Assembly (NCBI GenBank): GCA_963718565.1
Contig: OY970364.1
Location: 416,001-480,000 of the forward strand
Length of the DNA stretch: 64,000 nucleotides
DNA from: an uncultured Verrucomicrobiae bacterium
GTDB taxonomy: Bacteria; Chlamydiota; Chlamydiia; Chlamydiales; Rhabdochlamydiaceae
Reading direction: 5' to 3'
The position numbers and the translations under genes are program-made. The notes under the pieces are model-generated. The model saw only the letters and a program-made list of their open reading frames with translations. It had not been told where the DNA came from and searched no databases. This document shows, in pieces, positions 40,798 through 50,238 of this stretch (its first letter is position 1; every line of letters begins with the position of its first letter).

Positions 40798-41076
40798 ATG
40801 AGCAAAAAATATAAAGATTCTTTTATCGTGGTTAATGAAAAGGGGCTGCACACTCGTCCCTCTACAGAGCTTGTCAAATGCGCGACGACTTTTAAATCGC
40901 AAGTCATGTTGACTTATCAAAGTTACACTGTCAACGCAAAGTCTCTACTTGGGATTTTAATGCTTGCCGCATCTCGCGGAGCCAAGATCCAAGTTGCTGC
41001 TGAAGGAGAGGATGCTGAAGAGGCAGTCAAATCGATCCTCAATCTGGCTCGAAACAAGTTTAACATTAAATATTAG
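40798..41076 (+). CDS. ptsH: Phosphocarrier protein HPr
   Basis: GLHTRP and NAKSLLGILML motifs. Confidence 0.93.
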   Translation: MSKKYKDSFIVVNEKGLHTRPSTELVKCATTFKSQVMLTYQSYTVNAKSLLGILMLAASRGAKIQVAAEGEDAEEAVKSILNLARNKFNIKY

Positions 41077-41091
41077 AGGGAATTGCAAAAC

Positions 41092-41185
41092 TATACCGCG
41101 CGCAGGAAGGTTTTGTGAATTTGGACTAGAGCGAGGCAAAGCCGCAGCCAGTCTAAATTCACAAAACCTAACGGAGCGCGGTATA
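41092..41185. mobile_element. Family-C-like MITE abutting a family-A left TIR (41076-41092)
   Basis: tataccgcgc..aggttttgtgaattt / aaattcacaaaacct..gcgcggtata. Confidence 0.75.
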
Positions 41186-41196
41186 ATTTTCGCGAT

Positions 41197-41610
41197 TTAC
41201 TCTTCGACTGCAACAGCTTTCTCCAGAATTTCTTTTCGGCAAAAAACAGGGATATTGTTTAGAAGTGCCAGCGTGATGCAATCACTTGGTCTTGCATCGA
41301 TTTCAAGGATAGTTTTCTGCTCTCCGATTTGCTGTTCGAGGTAGAGCCGAGCAAAATAGATGGTATCTTCAATATCGGTGATGACAATCTGAAGGGGTTT
41401 GATGTTAAATCCCCGGAGAATGGCATTGATCAGATCGTGGGTATACGGGCGGGGTTTATTTTCTTCGGTCAAGTAGATTTGAATATTGCGCCCTACAGAA
41501 GGATCGGTGTAAATGGCAAAGCGCTTTTGATCGGTGCCCAAGATGATCACTGTATAGGAACGGGACTGCATGATTTTGTTAAATGTGATGGGGACCAATT
41601 CTGAGGCCAT
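41197..41610 (-). CDS. Bifunctional nuclease family protein (DUF151)
   Basis: PRPYTHDL, YFARLYL and IDARPSDC motifs. Confidence 0.88.
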   Translation of the reverse strand: MASELVPITFNKIMQSRSYTVIILGTDQKRFAIYTDPSVGRNIQIYLTEENKPRPYTHDLINAILRGFNIKPLQIVITDIEDTIYFARLYLEQQIGEQKTILEIDARPSDCITLALLNNIPVFCRKEILEKAVAVEE

Positions 41611-41625
41611 ATTTCCTTCACTTTA

Positions 41626-41671
41626 AGAGTGTGTTAACGGATTTTGTTAACAAAATCCGTTAACACACTCT
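41626..41671. repeat. Perfect 46-bp palindrome
   Basis: agagtgtgttaacggattttgtt|aacaaaatccgttaacacactct with no spacer. Confidence 0.9.
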
Positions 41672-42350
41672 AAGGCTTAATTACAACTTGACCATCGGCA
41701 AAGCCAATGATCACTCTTCCCGCTAGGTTAAAGAAGAAACCTGTATCTACGACTCCTGGCATATGGAGCAATGCCTCGTGATCTTGTTCAGGATTTTTTC
41801 GCAGCGTATCAAAATGAATATCGATCAATAAATTGCCGTTATCGGTAACAAACAGATTTCCATCGATTTTTCTTCGAAATTCTCCCTTGTAACCTGCTTT
41901 GCTGATGTGATGTAAAATCGCATTTCTCGCAAAAGGCAGGATCTCTACGGGCAAATTGTGTTTTCCCAAGGTCGTGACAAGTTTGCTCTCATCGATGATG
42001 ACGATCATCTCGCGGCTCATCGTCGCAACAATCTTCTCGCGGACATGAGCCCCACCGCCGCCCTTGATCATTCTCTTTTGCGGATCGATTTCATCAGCAC
42101 CATCGACGGTCAAATCCAAAGCTGTAACTGTATCGATATCGAGCAAGGAGATATTTCCAGCTTTAGCTTGCCGGAACGATTGCTCTGAACTCGCAATGGC
42201 ACGAATTTTAAGGCCGTCTTTGCATCTTTGAATCAATCGTTCGATGAAAAAAAAGACAGTCGAACCCGTTCCCAATCCGATGTGCATTCCATTTTCAATC
42301 AGCTCCGCCGCTTTGTACGCGACTGCTTTTTTTATCGCATTTGTAGACAT
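41670..42350 (-). CDS. rpiA: Ribose-5-phosphate isomerase A
   Basis: GLGTGST, DGADEID and IKGGGGA motifs. Confidence 0.95.
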   Translation of the reverse strand: MSTNAIKKAVAYKAAELIENGMHIGLGTGSTVFFFIERLIQRCKDGLKIRAIASSEQSFRQAKAGNISLLDIDTVTALDLTVDGADEIDPQKRMIKGGGGAHVREKIVATMSREMIVIIDESKLVTTLGKHNLPVEILPFARNAILHHISKAGYKGEFRRKIDGNLFVTDNGNLLIDIHFDTLRKNPEQDHEALLHMPGVVDTGFFFNLAGRVIIGFADGQVVIKP

Positions 42351-42402
42351 GAGAAATGAAAAAGGATATAACGATTTATCTAATCTGATCTTTGAAAAAA
42401 CC

Positions 42403-43158
42403 ATGATTACATTACAAGATCTTTTTCAATATCTCCAGCAGCTTCTTTCACCTGCGGATTTTTCTGATTATTGTCCCAATGGTATTCAAGTGGAAGGCAA
42501 GCCGGAAATTCATCGGATCGCATTTGCCGTCTCAGCGAGTTTGGCGGCCATCGAAGAAGTGGTCAAAAAAGACGCAGATCTACTCATCGTACATCATGGG
42601 ATCTTCTGGAATAAAGATCCGTATGTTATTACGGGGACAAAAAAGCAAAAATTAGTGCATTTGTTAAAAGGAGGAGTTTCTCTCATTGCTTATCATCTAC
42701 CTCTCGATGCTCACCCACAAATCGGCAACAACTGGAAAGCGGCTTTTGACCTCGGTCTGGAAGATTTAAATCCTTTTTATCCGATGGGAAAGTCCGCACT
42801 CGGAGTCAAAGGAAAGATGGCCCCAATCTCTGTCGAAGCTTTCCAAAAAAAACTTGAAGCCTACTATGGACATCCAGCCCACATTGCGTTGGGTGGAAAA
42901 AAAGAAGTGAGCAGTGCTGCTATTATTTCCGGAGGTGCTCACCGCTATATCGACCAAGCTGCGGATGAAAAAGTGGATTGTTACATTACAGGCAGTTTTG
43001 ACGAGCCGACTTGGGATATCGCACATGAGCGCAACATCAATTTCTTTGCGCTTGGACATTATTCGACCGAAAGAGTGGGGATCTTCGCTCTAATGGCGCA
43101 TTTGCATAAGCAGTTCCATATTCCGTGTGAATTTATCGACTTGCACAATCCATTTTGA
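42403..43158 (+). CDS. Nif3-like dinuclear metal centre protein
   Basis: DYCPNGIQVEG, VHHGIFW, YHLPLDAH and GHYSTE motifs. Confidence 0.92.
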   Translation: MITLQDLFQYLQQLLSPADFSDYCPNGIQVEGKPEIHRIAFAVSASLAAIEEVVKKDADLLIVHHGIFWNKDPYVITGTKKQKLVHLLKGGVSLIAYHLPLDAHPQIGNNWKAAFDLGLEDLNPFYPMGKSALGVKGKMAPISVEAFQKKLEAYYGHPAHIALGGKKEVSSAAIISGGAHRYIDQAADEKVDCYITGSFDEPTWDIAHERNINFFALGHYSTERVGIFALMAHLHKQFHIPCEFIDLHNPF

Positions 43159-43230
43159 GGATTGAATTTAATTCTTTACACAAATATGATGCAACACTGG
43201 GATTCCAGTGCCCGCATTAGGAGAATATGA

Positions 43231-43587
43231 ATGGTCCCATCCAGTGAAAAAGAGAAAAAAAAGTTGATTGCGGAAGAAAGTCCGAAAACGCGCAAGGCTA
43301 GAGAAAAATTAAAGAGACAGCTCGATGCTTTTGAGAAAAAAATCACGCCACAAGCTCTGGAAAAAAAAGCGATTGAAATTCAGCGATGGATTGCCCGCCA
43401 TGCATCGAATCGCGTTGCTCTTAAAAGTAAAAGCATCTCCCTTTTTGATGAAAATCAAAATGCTGCCGGTTTAAGTCAGCGGGTCGGCCAATTAGCAGAT
43501 CAAATCAAAAAAGAATTTCATCTTGCATCTGAAGATGAAGGGCAAGAAAAGATGTCCAAGCTCAAAAAACTCATCTCACAAAGCTGA
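43231..43587 (+). CDS. Hypothetical basic coiled-coil protein
   Basis: 118-aa ORF with aggag RBS. Confidence 0.55.
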   Translation: MVPSSEKEKKKLIAEESPKTRKAREKLKRQLDAFEKKITPQALEKKAIEIQRWIARHASNRVALKSKSISLFDENQNAAGLSQRVGQLADQIKKEFHLASEDEGQEKMSKLKKLISQS

Positions 43588-43685
43588 TATCTCGACTTTG
43601 TACAATGTTGTGATCGACGAGCATTAGCGAGTGGAAGTCTGAACTCCAGGTTTCTCTCACTTTTTAGCTAAATAGCTGAGAGTAA

Positions 43686-43717
43686 AGGTGATAGAGAAAC
43701 TTGTTTCTCTATCACCT
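43686..43717. repeat. Hairpin with perfect 15-bp arms
   Basis: aggtgatagagaaac-tt-gtttctctatcacct. Confidence 0.7.
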
Positions 43718-43925
43718 GGGTAATCTGATGCATCTCCTAAGAGCCTAATGCACAGTTACTTACATATTGCTAATATTTTCTAGTTATAACAAATAATTAT
43801 ATGTTATAATTATGGTTAATGGGAATTATAAAGTGTTGTTTTATTAGAGTAAATTTTTTGTTTGAAATCCCATCAATTTATATAGCTAAAATTAATATTA
43901 TTTTAAATTAAATAATAGCGGTATT

Positions 43926-45791
43926 ATGTCTACTACTAAAACATGCAATACCTTTCCTAGCCAAGCTTCGCTTGACGTAAATGTAACAGAAGACGGAAGT
44001 GGAGGACTTTTGATCAAGTATGGAGGCATCACAAAAGCCTATCAATTTTCTCTCAAAGTCTATCAACATCCTTGTTTGGACGGGGATGGTGAAGTAAAGA
44101 CATTGCAATCAGACGCAGTTCAACAAATTGTGAAAAAAATTACTTTCGTTGCCTTAGGGAAGATCAAAAATCAATGCATTGTAGACGCAAACATTACTTT
44201 AAACAGCGCAAGCATAAAAGACCTTACAGAAGAAATACAAATTTTACGACAGAACGAGAAAATTGGTATTGATGGCTATGTCAACTATCAAGAATTTACT
44301 ACCGCCGCAGGCGCATTGGATAGAGAAATTAAGAGAGCGGATTTTAAGGCTCCTTGTCCCTTAAATGAACTGAGGGAGGAGCAAGTCCCAACTCCTCAAA
44401 ATCTCGTTGAGCTCAGATCAAATTTATTACCAAAGCAAAGTAACATAGAACCGACTGAGCAGGACTTATCTTTACAAGAAAACAAGGATTCAATACAACC
44501 CACCCCTCAAAAAACTTATGCGGACCTATCTCCTTCCTTATATGAACCGATAACAGTAGTAACTGATCTAGGTTTATCTTCACCAGCCACCACAAATCAG
44601 CCGACTTATGCAGCAAAACCTTTCTCATCCGAGCCTCAGATTAAGACAACCGCGTTAAAACCTTTAGAAACAGTTACACCGCAAACAGTTACACTGCAAA
44701 TAGTTCCTGGGAAGACTGACACTGCATACCAGGACTCTCCGATGAAAAATTTCAAATCAGTTCTTGATCCTGTTATAGAGAACAGCAACAACACACAGGC
44801 ACTAAATGAGCCACAAGTGATACTCAATGTCAACAATCCGATTATAGCTGTAAAACTACCGCCTGACTTAGAAAATGTTCCATCATTCCGCGAACTAATA
44901 GAGAACAGCAAGCTGTTGACATCAGAGGAGCTAGAAATAATATTCAATGTCAACAATCAGATGAAACCGAAAGAGCTGGCAGACATATTATCCAATTTAA
45001 TGGTGTGCAGAATATCAAATAAAGTTGAAACCGCCTCCATGAAAAAACTAGATGATGAAATTTCGGCTTTAGAAAAAGGGCTTGAAGATTTAAAAGAAGA
45101 AATAGTAAAGCAACAAAAAACGTCAGAGATAAGTCAAAAGGAAATAAATCGTGGGTTTTGTAATACAACCTCAACAGAGATCAAAAAAGCTAATGATCAA
45201 AAGGAAAAAGAAGTCTCAAATGCGTTGGAAAATCTAAAAAAATCTTTAGCAGGTGAAGCTCTTGACATCAAGTGCAAGAAAAAGTCTGAGAAGAACCAAG
45301 ATGATGTCTTTGAGAATAAAACCCTGAGGAATATATTCGAAGATCAAAGGTTGCGAAGAATGCAATCCGCTGATTATGTGTCATCGTTTCTTGGAGCTGT
45401 TTTTTGCACTGACAAAATAGCAAATAGATGGCGTGAGTTGCAGGATGGAACCGGTGAAATTTTATTACAAGAAGATTGCGAATGCTTCACTATCTTTAAG
45501 GCAGAAGCGCGTGAATTTTTGAATGAATATCTAGGAGCACTTCAGGAGGTATTAGACAACAAGCCTTATGCATTGAATGGTGAACAGTCGAATATTGAGG
45601 AAAGGCCGCATTTGAATAAGATAGTAGGAGAATATAAGAAAGTCATAGAGAACCCTCAGAACTCCGAGAATCTCGGGAATCAGTATCCTTTAGTAGCTGG
45701 GATAGTCAATAGAAATGGTGGCGAACCCTACTTTAGAACGAAAGCAAAGGAAAAAAATAAGAAAGAATCAATATTGGGGAAATTTCTCTAA
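43926..45791 (+). CDS. Large hypothetical protein with coiled-coil region
   Basis: 621-aa ORF; AT-rich upstream region; P/T/Q-rich linker. Confidence 0.65.
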   Translation: MSTTKTCNTFPSQASLDVNVTEDGSGGLLIKYGGITKAYQFSLKVYQHPCLDGDGEVKTLQSDAVQQIVKKITFVALGKIKNQCIVDANITLNSASIKDLTEEIQILRQNEKIGIDGYVNYQEFTTAAGALDREIKRADFKAPCPLNELREEQVPTPQNLVELRSNLLPKQSNIEPTEQDLSLQENKDSIQPTPQKTYADLSPSLYEPITVVTDLGLSSPATTNQPTYAAKPFSSEPQIKTTALKPLETVTPQTVTLQIVPGKTDTAYQDSPMKNFKSVLDPVIENSNNTQALNEPQVILNVNNPIIAVKLPPDLENVPSFRELIENSKLLTSEELEIIFNVNNQMKPKELADILSNLMVCRISNKVETASMKKLDDEISALEKGLEDLKEEIVKQQKTSEISQKEINRGFCNTTSTEIKKANDQKEKEVSNALENLKKSLAGEALDIKCKKKSEKNQDDVFENKTLRNIFEDQRLRRMQSADYVSSFLGAVFCTDKIANRWRELQDGTGEILLQEDCECFTIFKAEAREFLNEYLGALQEVLDNKPYALNGEQSNIEERPHLNKIVGEYKKVIENPQNSENLGNQYPLVAGIVNRNGGEPYFRTKAKEKNKKESILGKFL

Positions 45792-45855
45792 CTTGATATT
45801 TGCCTAATTTCCTTGTAGTCCCTAGAATTATCCCTTTTGGATTGCAACGGTATCT

Positions 45856-47133
45856 ATGTCAAACGTCATCGAATGCTTAAAAGAACGTGGGCTTGTGGAT
45901 GCCATCACAAGCGAAGAATTGATTAAATGTGTGGATTCTCCAATTAGGCTTTATTGTGGATTCGATCCGACGGCAGATAGTTTGCATATCGGGAATTTGG
46001 TCGGCATCATCGTTTTAAAGTGGTTTCAAAAATTTGGACATACTCCAGTGATCGTTCTTGGTGGAGCAACGGGGCGCATTGGAGATCCTTCAGGAAAGAG
46101 TGTCGAGCGTCCTTTGTTAGAAGCATCGACGATTGCCTTCAATGTGACACGCATCCGTCGCCATTTTGAGGCAATCCTCGATTTTTTTCATTCTAAGGCC
46201 CGACCGATGATTTTCAATAATGATGAGTGGTTCGCTGCCTATCCTTTAATCGATTTTTTAAGAGATGTCGGAAAGCATTTTCGACTGGGTACGATGCTCT
46301 CCAAAGAAAGTGTACGAAGCAGGCTCAATTCCGAAGAGGGGATGAGTTTCACTGAATTCAGCTATCAACTTTTGCAGGCGTATGATTTTTTCCATCTGTA
46401 TACGCATAATAATGTCGTTCTGCAAATTGGCGGCAGCGATCAATGGGGCAATATTACAGAAGGTACCGACCTTATCCGCAAACTCACTGGAGGTGAGCAA
46501 GCATTTGGGTTGACATTCCCTTTGTTGACTCGCAGTGACGGAAAAAAATTCGGAAAGACGGAAGCAGGTGCTGTCTGGCTGGCTTCAGAGCGCTGCTCGC
46601 CCTATGAATTCTATCAGTATTTCGTCCGGATTCCAGATGCCGATGTCATTAAAATGATGCGCATGTTGACTTTCATAGATCTCAAAGAAATCCGTGAATA
46701 TGAAATGGAGATGAATGAGCAGCGCTACATCCCGAATACGGCCCAAAAACGGCTTGCTGAAGAGATGACTCGCTTGGTCCATGGTGAAGAAGGGCTTGCT
46801 AAAGCTTTGAAAGTTACAGAAAGTGCAGCGCCTGGATCGGATGCAGAATTGAATGTGGAATCTTTCAGAGAAATTGCTAAAGACATGCCAAGCAAAGAAG
46901 TGTCGATTGTCGATATTATTGGCCAAAAATATACCGAATTAGCAGTTAAAGTGGGGCTGTTGCCTAGTAAAAGCGAGGCTGTTCGCTTAATTCAAAATGG
47001 GGGAGCCTATCTCAATAATCAACGCATTGATGACCCCAATTTTCGCTTATCAGAACAATCCTTGGTTGGAGGGGAATTTCTTCTATTGGGCTCAGGGAGG
47101 AAGAAAAAAATTTTAGTAAAAGTCCACAAATAA
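45856..47133 (+). CDS. tyrS: Tyrosine-tRNA ligase
   Basis: GFDPTADSLHIGN, QIGGSDQWGN and KFGKT motifs. Confidence 0.97.
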   Translation: MSNVIECLKERGLVDAITSEELIKCVDSPIRLYCGFDPTADSLHIGNLVGIIVLKWFQKFGHTPVIVLGGATGRIGDPSGKSVERPLLEASTIAFNVTRIRRHFEAILDFFHSKARPMIFNNDEWFAAYPLIDFLRDVGKHFRLGTMLSKESVRSRLNSEEGMSFTEFSYQLLQAYDFFHLYTHNNVVLQIGGSDQWGNITEGTDLIRKLTGGEQAFGLTFPLLTRSDGKKFGKTEAGAVWLASERCSPYEFYQYFVRIPDADVIKMMRMLTFIDLKEIREYEMEMNEQRYIPNTAQKRLAEEMTRLVHGEEGLAKALKVTESAAPGSDAELNVESFREIAKDMPSKEVSIVDIIGQKYTELAVKVGLLPSKSEAVRLIQNGGAYLNNQRIDDPNFRLSEQSLVGGEFLLLGSGRKKKILVKVHK

Positions 47134-47388
47134 GTCCGCTTGAACATTTAGGAAGCAATCCGTGCGCGGCGTATGCCCGTGTTAATTTTTTTGTAAAAAC
47201 CACTTGCCTGAAAATCAATGTGATACAACAATGTGCAAGTAAAAGGACATAGGTGTCCTTCCTGCCTTTACAGGGTTACCGTACAGAAAGTATTGGGTTA
47301 TACTGCGCTCGTGAACCCGATTACGGACGGCGCCAAAGTATAGGAATGTGAATCGGTGGGAAGAGTTTAAACAAGGAGTCAAAAAAAT

Positions 47389-47718
47389 ATGGCGACAATC
47401 ACTAAAAAGAAATTAATTCAAGTGATTTCCCAAAATCGAGGTGTCCATCCTAATGATGTTCGCAATGTGATACAATCTTTTTTAGATGCGATGACGGAGT
47501 ATCTCTCTAAAGGAGACCGTTTAGAATTCCGAGATTTTGGCGTCTTTGAGATCGTGGAGAGAAAGCAAAAGATAGGACGCAATCCAAAAAATGCCGCGGT
47601 TCCTATCATCATCCCAGCCCGCTTAGCTGTCAAATTTACTCCAGGCAAAAAAATGCGAAAGCTGATCGAGAAAGAGCGTAAGAACGCCTCTGGAGGCGGA
47701 GCGTCCAAGTCGGCCTGA
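47389..47718 (+). CDS. HU/IHF-family DNA-binding protein
   Basis: LEFRDFGVF, GRNPKN and VKFTPGK motifs. Confidence 0.92.
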   Translation: MATITKKKLIQVISQNRGVHPNDVRNVIQSFLDAMTEYLSKGDRLEFRDFGVFEIVERKQKIGRNPKNAAVPIIIPARLAVKFTPGKKMRKLIEKERKNASGGGASKSA

Positions 47719-47748
47719 TGTTATTTTTGACTCACTTTCGGTATAATT

Positions 47749-47773
47749 AAAAGGAGGTTTATTGCCTCCTTTT
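47749..47773 (+). terminator. Rho-independent terminator
   Basis: aaaaggagg-tttattg-cctcctttt. Confidence 0.75.
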
Positions 47774-47928
47774 GTTATTTATAGTTTATTTAATTGATTT
47801 TTATTCTGTTATATTGATAATTGTTGTTAATTTTTTTGAATTTTTGGAAATATACCGAAATGAATTCAAGATCAAGGAATCCCTTCCTAAAAAGGGGGAA
47901 GATATTTATAATTTCGAACATCTTGACT

Positions 47929-48102
47929 TATACCCAAACAACCTGAAAAATTGGGAATTTGGCAAGAAGGCGCCCTGGATTTGGGCCAGGAGAAGCCGGC
48001 GCGGAAGCAGCACAACTTGAATAAGTTGTGCGATGGACGCGGGCTCAAAGGCAGTGGCTGCCGACGCGGTCAAAAACCAATTTTTCAAGTTGTTTGAGTA
48101 TA
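47929..48102. mobile_element. TA-flanked palindromic element (family D/E)
   Basis: Inverted near-copy of 29388-29561. Confidence 0.87.
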
Positions 48103-48119
48103 CATTAAGAGGTCGCAAT

Positions 48120-49190
48120 TTGTCAGCTCCTAAATGGATATTGATTGGTACGGTTTCTCTTTTTTCGGTCATTGGCATTGCGGCGGTTGTGAAGAAGGGG
48201 ACTAAAAAGCCAACTCTTGTATCAGCAGCATCTGCAAAAGAAACGCTGGTCGCAGAAACCCCTGTCGTTTCGGTGCCTGCTACTCCTAAAGTCGTAGCAG
48301 TCAAAACAAATCTTTCCAAGGAAGAAAAAAAGACAAATCCTTCTCCAGTGCCGCCGGCCCTGGCGGTCACTACAACTGCAACACATCCCACTGCTTCAGT
48401 TAAAGACGATTTTCCAACAATCGATCGAATTTTTCAGCTTTTTACTACAGGTTCTTCCAAGTTACCGATTGTTGAAACAGTCCATTATGCGAGCAGCGTC
48501 CCCTGGTTAAAAGGACGTCCGGCTTGGATTGCCGACTATGCGACGCATTACAATACTTCACGCCATTTTATTGCCCGTAGCTTGAATGGCAAGCCTGATT
48601 ATTTTTCTCAAAAAGTTGTTGAAGGGAGCAAATTTAACGTCTTCCGTAAAGATAAAAAAATAAATTTTTGCCTCTTGGTGGATGTTTCGCGATGTAAAAT
48701 GGGTTTTTACTACATCGACTTAGACACCAATGAACGCGTCTTATTAAAGACCTATCGTGTCGGATTAGGACGGATCGATGCGACAAAGCCTTCGGGAACA
48801 CTGACCCCTTTAGGTCGCTATTCGCTCGGATCACGTGTCGCCATTTATAAGCCGGGATTGATGGGATATCATCAGGATCAAAAAAAGGAGATGATCCAGA
48901 TTTTTGGAACGCGCTGGATTCCTTTGGATCAGGAGTTGGAGCGCACGACAGTCCCTGCAAAAGGATATGGTCTCCAAGGAGCTCCGTGGACCGTTGGTGC
49001 TGAAGGGCAAATAGTGGAGAATCGGGGGACGATTGACGCCTATGATAGTGATGGGTGCATTCGTTTAAATTCTGAAGATATCGAGGAGCTTTTTGCCATT
49101 GTGCTGACAAAGCCTACTTTTATTGAAATTGTTAAAGACTTCCACGAAGCTAAACTCCCAGGAGTGGAAGTGGCAGCGCCGTCGCGCTGA
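48120..49190 (+). CDS. L,D-transpeptidase (YkuD-like) family protein
   Basis: LKTYRVGLG, TPLG, FGTRWI and SDGCIRL motifs; TTG start after gagg (the ORF-track start lies in the MITE). Confidence 0.8.
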   Translation: MSAPKWILIGTVSLFSVIGIAAVVKKGTKKPTLVSAASAKETLVAETPVVSVPATPKVVAVKTNLSKEEKKTNPSPVPPALAVTTTATHPTASVKDDFPTIDRIFQLFTTGSSKLPIVETVHYASSVPWLKGRPAWIADYATHYNTSRHFIARSLNGKPDYFSQKVVEGSKFNVFRKDKKINFCLLVDVSRCKMGFYYIDLDTNERVLLKTYRVGLGRIDATKPSGTLTPLGRYSLGSRVAIYKPGLMGYHQDQKKEMIQIFGTRWIPLDQELERTTVPAKGYGLQGAPWTVGAEGQIVENRGTIDAYDSDGCIRLNSEDIEELFAIVLTKPTFIEIVKDFHEAKLPGVEVAAPSR

Positions 49191-49197
49191 GAAAATA

Positions 49198-49244
49198 GAG
49201 GGAATTGCAAAACTCCTCGCCGCGAGGAGTTTTGCAGTTCCCTC
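49198..49244. mobile_element. Short family-A MITE (47 bp)
   Basis: Two TIRs joined almost directly; flanks aata/aaca. Confidence 0.8.
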
Positions 49245-49263
49245 AACATATAAGGAATGAGAT

Positions 49264-50226
49264 ATGAGTGTACTTGCTCATGAGAAGCAAATTCTAGAGT
49301 ACGAGAAAACAATCTCCCAGCTCAAAGAGCAAAATAAAGGCAATGCTCTTTGGTCAGAGGAGGAAATTGTCAAACTGGAAGCTAAATTGCAGCAGCTCCG
49401 AAGCAAAGTCTATTCTCAGCTCACTCCTTGGGAAAGAGTTGCGATTTGCCGTCATCCTAGCCGCCCAAAGTCGATTGATTACATCCGCAACATGTGCGAA
49501 GAGTTTACTGAACTGTGTGGCGATCGTCTTTTCCGCGATGACCGCGCAGTTGTTTGCGGACTTGCAAAGATTGATGGCGTAAAATTTATGGTCATTGCAC
49601 AGGAAAAGGGTTGCGACACTCAAAGCCGTCTCGAGCGTAATTTTGGGATGCTGCATCCTGAAGGGTACCGCAAAGCGATGCGCTGCATGCGCCTTGCCGC
49701 CAAATTCAAACTGCCAGTCCTTTCTCTCATCGATACCCCAGGCGCCCATCCTGGCCTCTCAGCGGAAGAGCGCGGCCAAGGCAGCGCGATTGCACAAAAC
49801 CTTTGGGAGATGTCCCGTTTACCCACTCCAATTATTGTCGTTCTCATTGGAGAGGGCTGTTCTGGCGGAGCTTTAGGCATAGGAGTTGGCGATGTCGTTG
49901 CGATGCTCGAACATTCTTACTATGCAGTCATTGCGCCAGAAAGTTGTGCATCGATCATTTGGCGCGATAATAATAAAAAAGAGCTTGCTGCTCAATCTCT
50001 TAAGATGCATGCTGAAGATCTTTTAAAACTCGATGTTGTCGATGCCATGATCGATGAACCACTGGGAGGCGCCCATCACGATCCTGCCCAGGTTTATCGC
50101 AATGTAAAAAAATATATCATCGATCAATGGAATATTTTAAAAACTGTTCCTTCGGAATACTTGATCGAACAACGCTACCAAAAATTTCGCCGAATCGGTA
50201 AATTTGCCGTAGAAGAGCAGCCTTAA
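49264..50226 (+). CDS. accA: Acetyl-CoA carboxylase carboxyltransferase alpha subunit
   Basis: [24 protein letters not shown] and [10 protein letters not shown] motifs. Confidence 0.96.
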   Translation: MSVLAHEKQILEYEKTISQLKEQNKGNALWSEEEIVKLEAKLQQLRSKVYSQLTPWERVAICRHPSRPKSIDYIRNMCEEFTELCGDRLFRDDRAVVCGLAKIDGVKFMVIAQEKGCDTQSRLERNFGMLHPEGYRKAMRCMRLAAKFKLPVLSLIDTPGAHPGLSAEERGQGSAIAQNLWEMSRLPTPIIVVLIGEGCSGGALGIGVGDVVAMLEHSYYAVIAPESCASIIWRDNNKKELAAQSLKMHAEDLLKLDVVDAMIDEPLGGAHHDPAQVYRNVKKYIIDQWNILKTVPSEYLIEQRYQKFRRIGKFAVEEQP

Positions 50227-50238
50227 TCGAATAAACTG

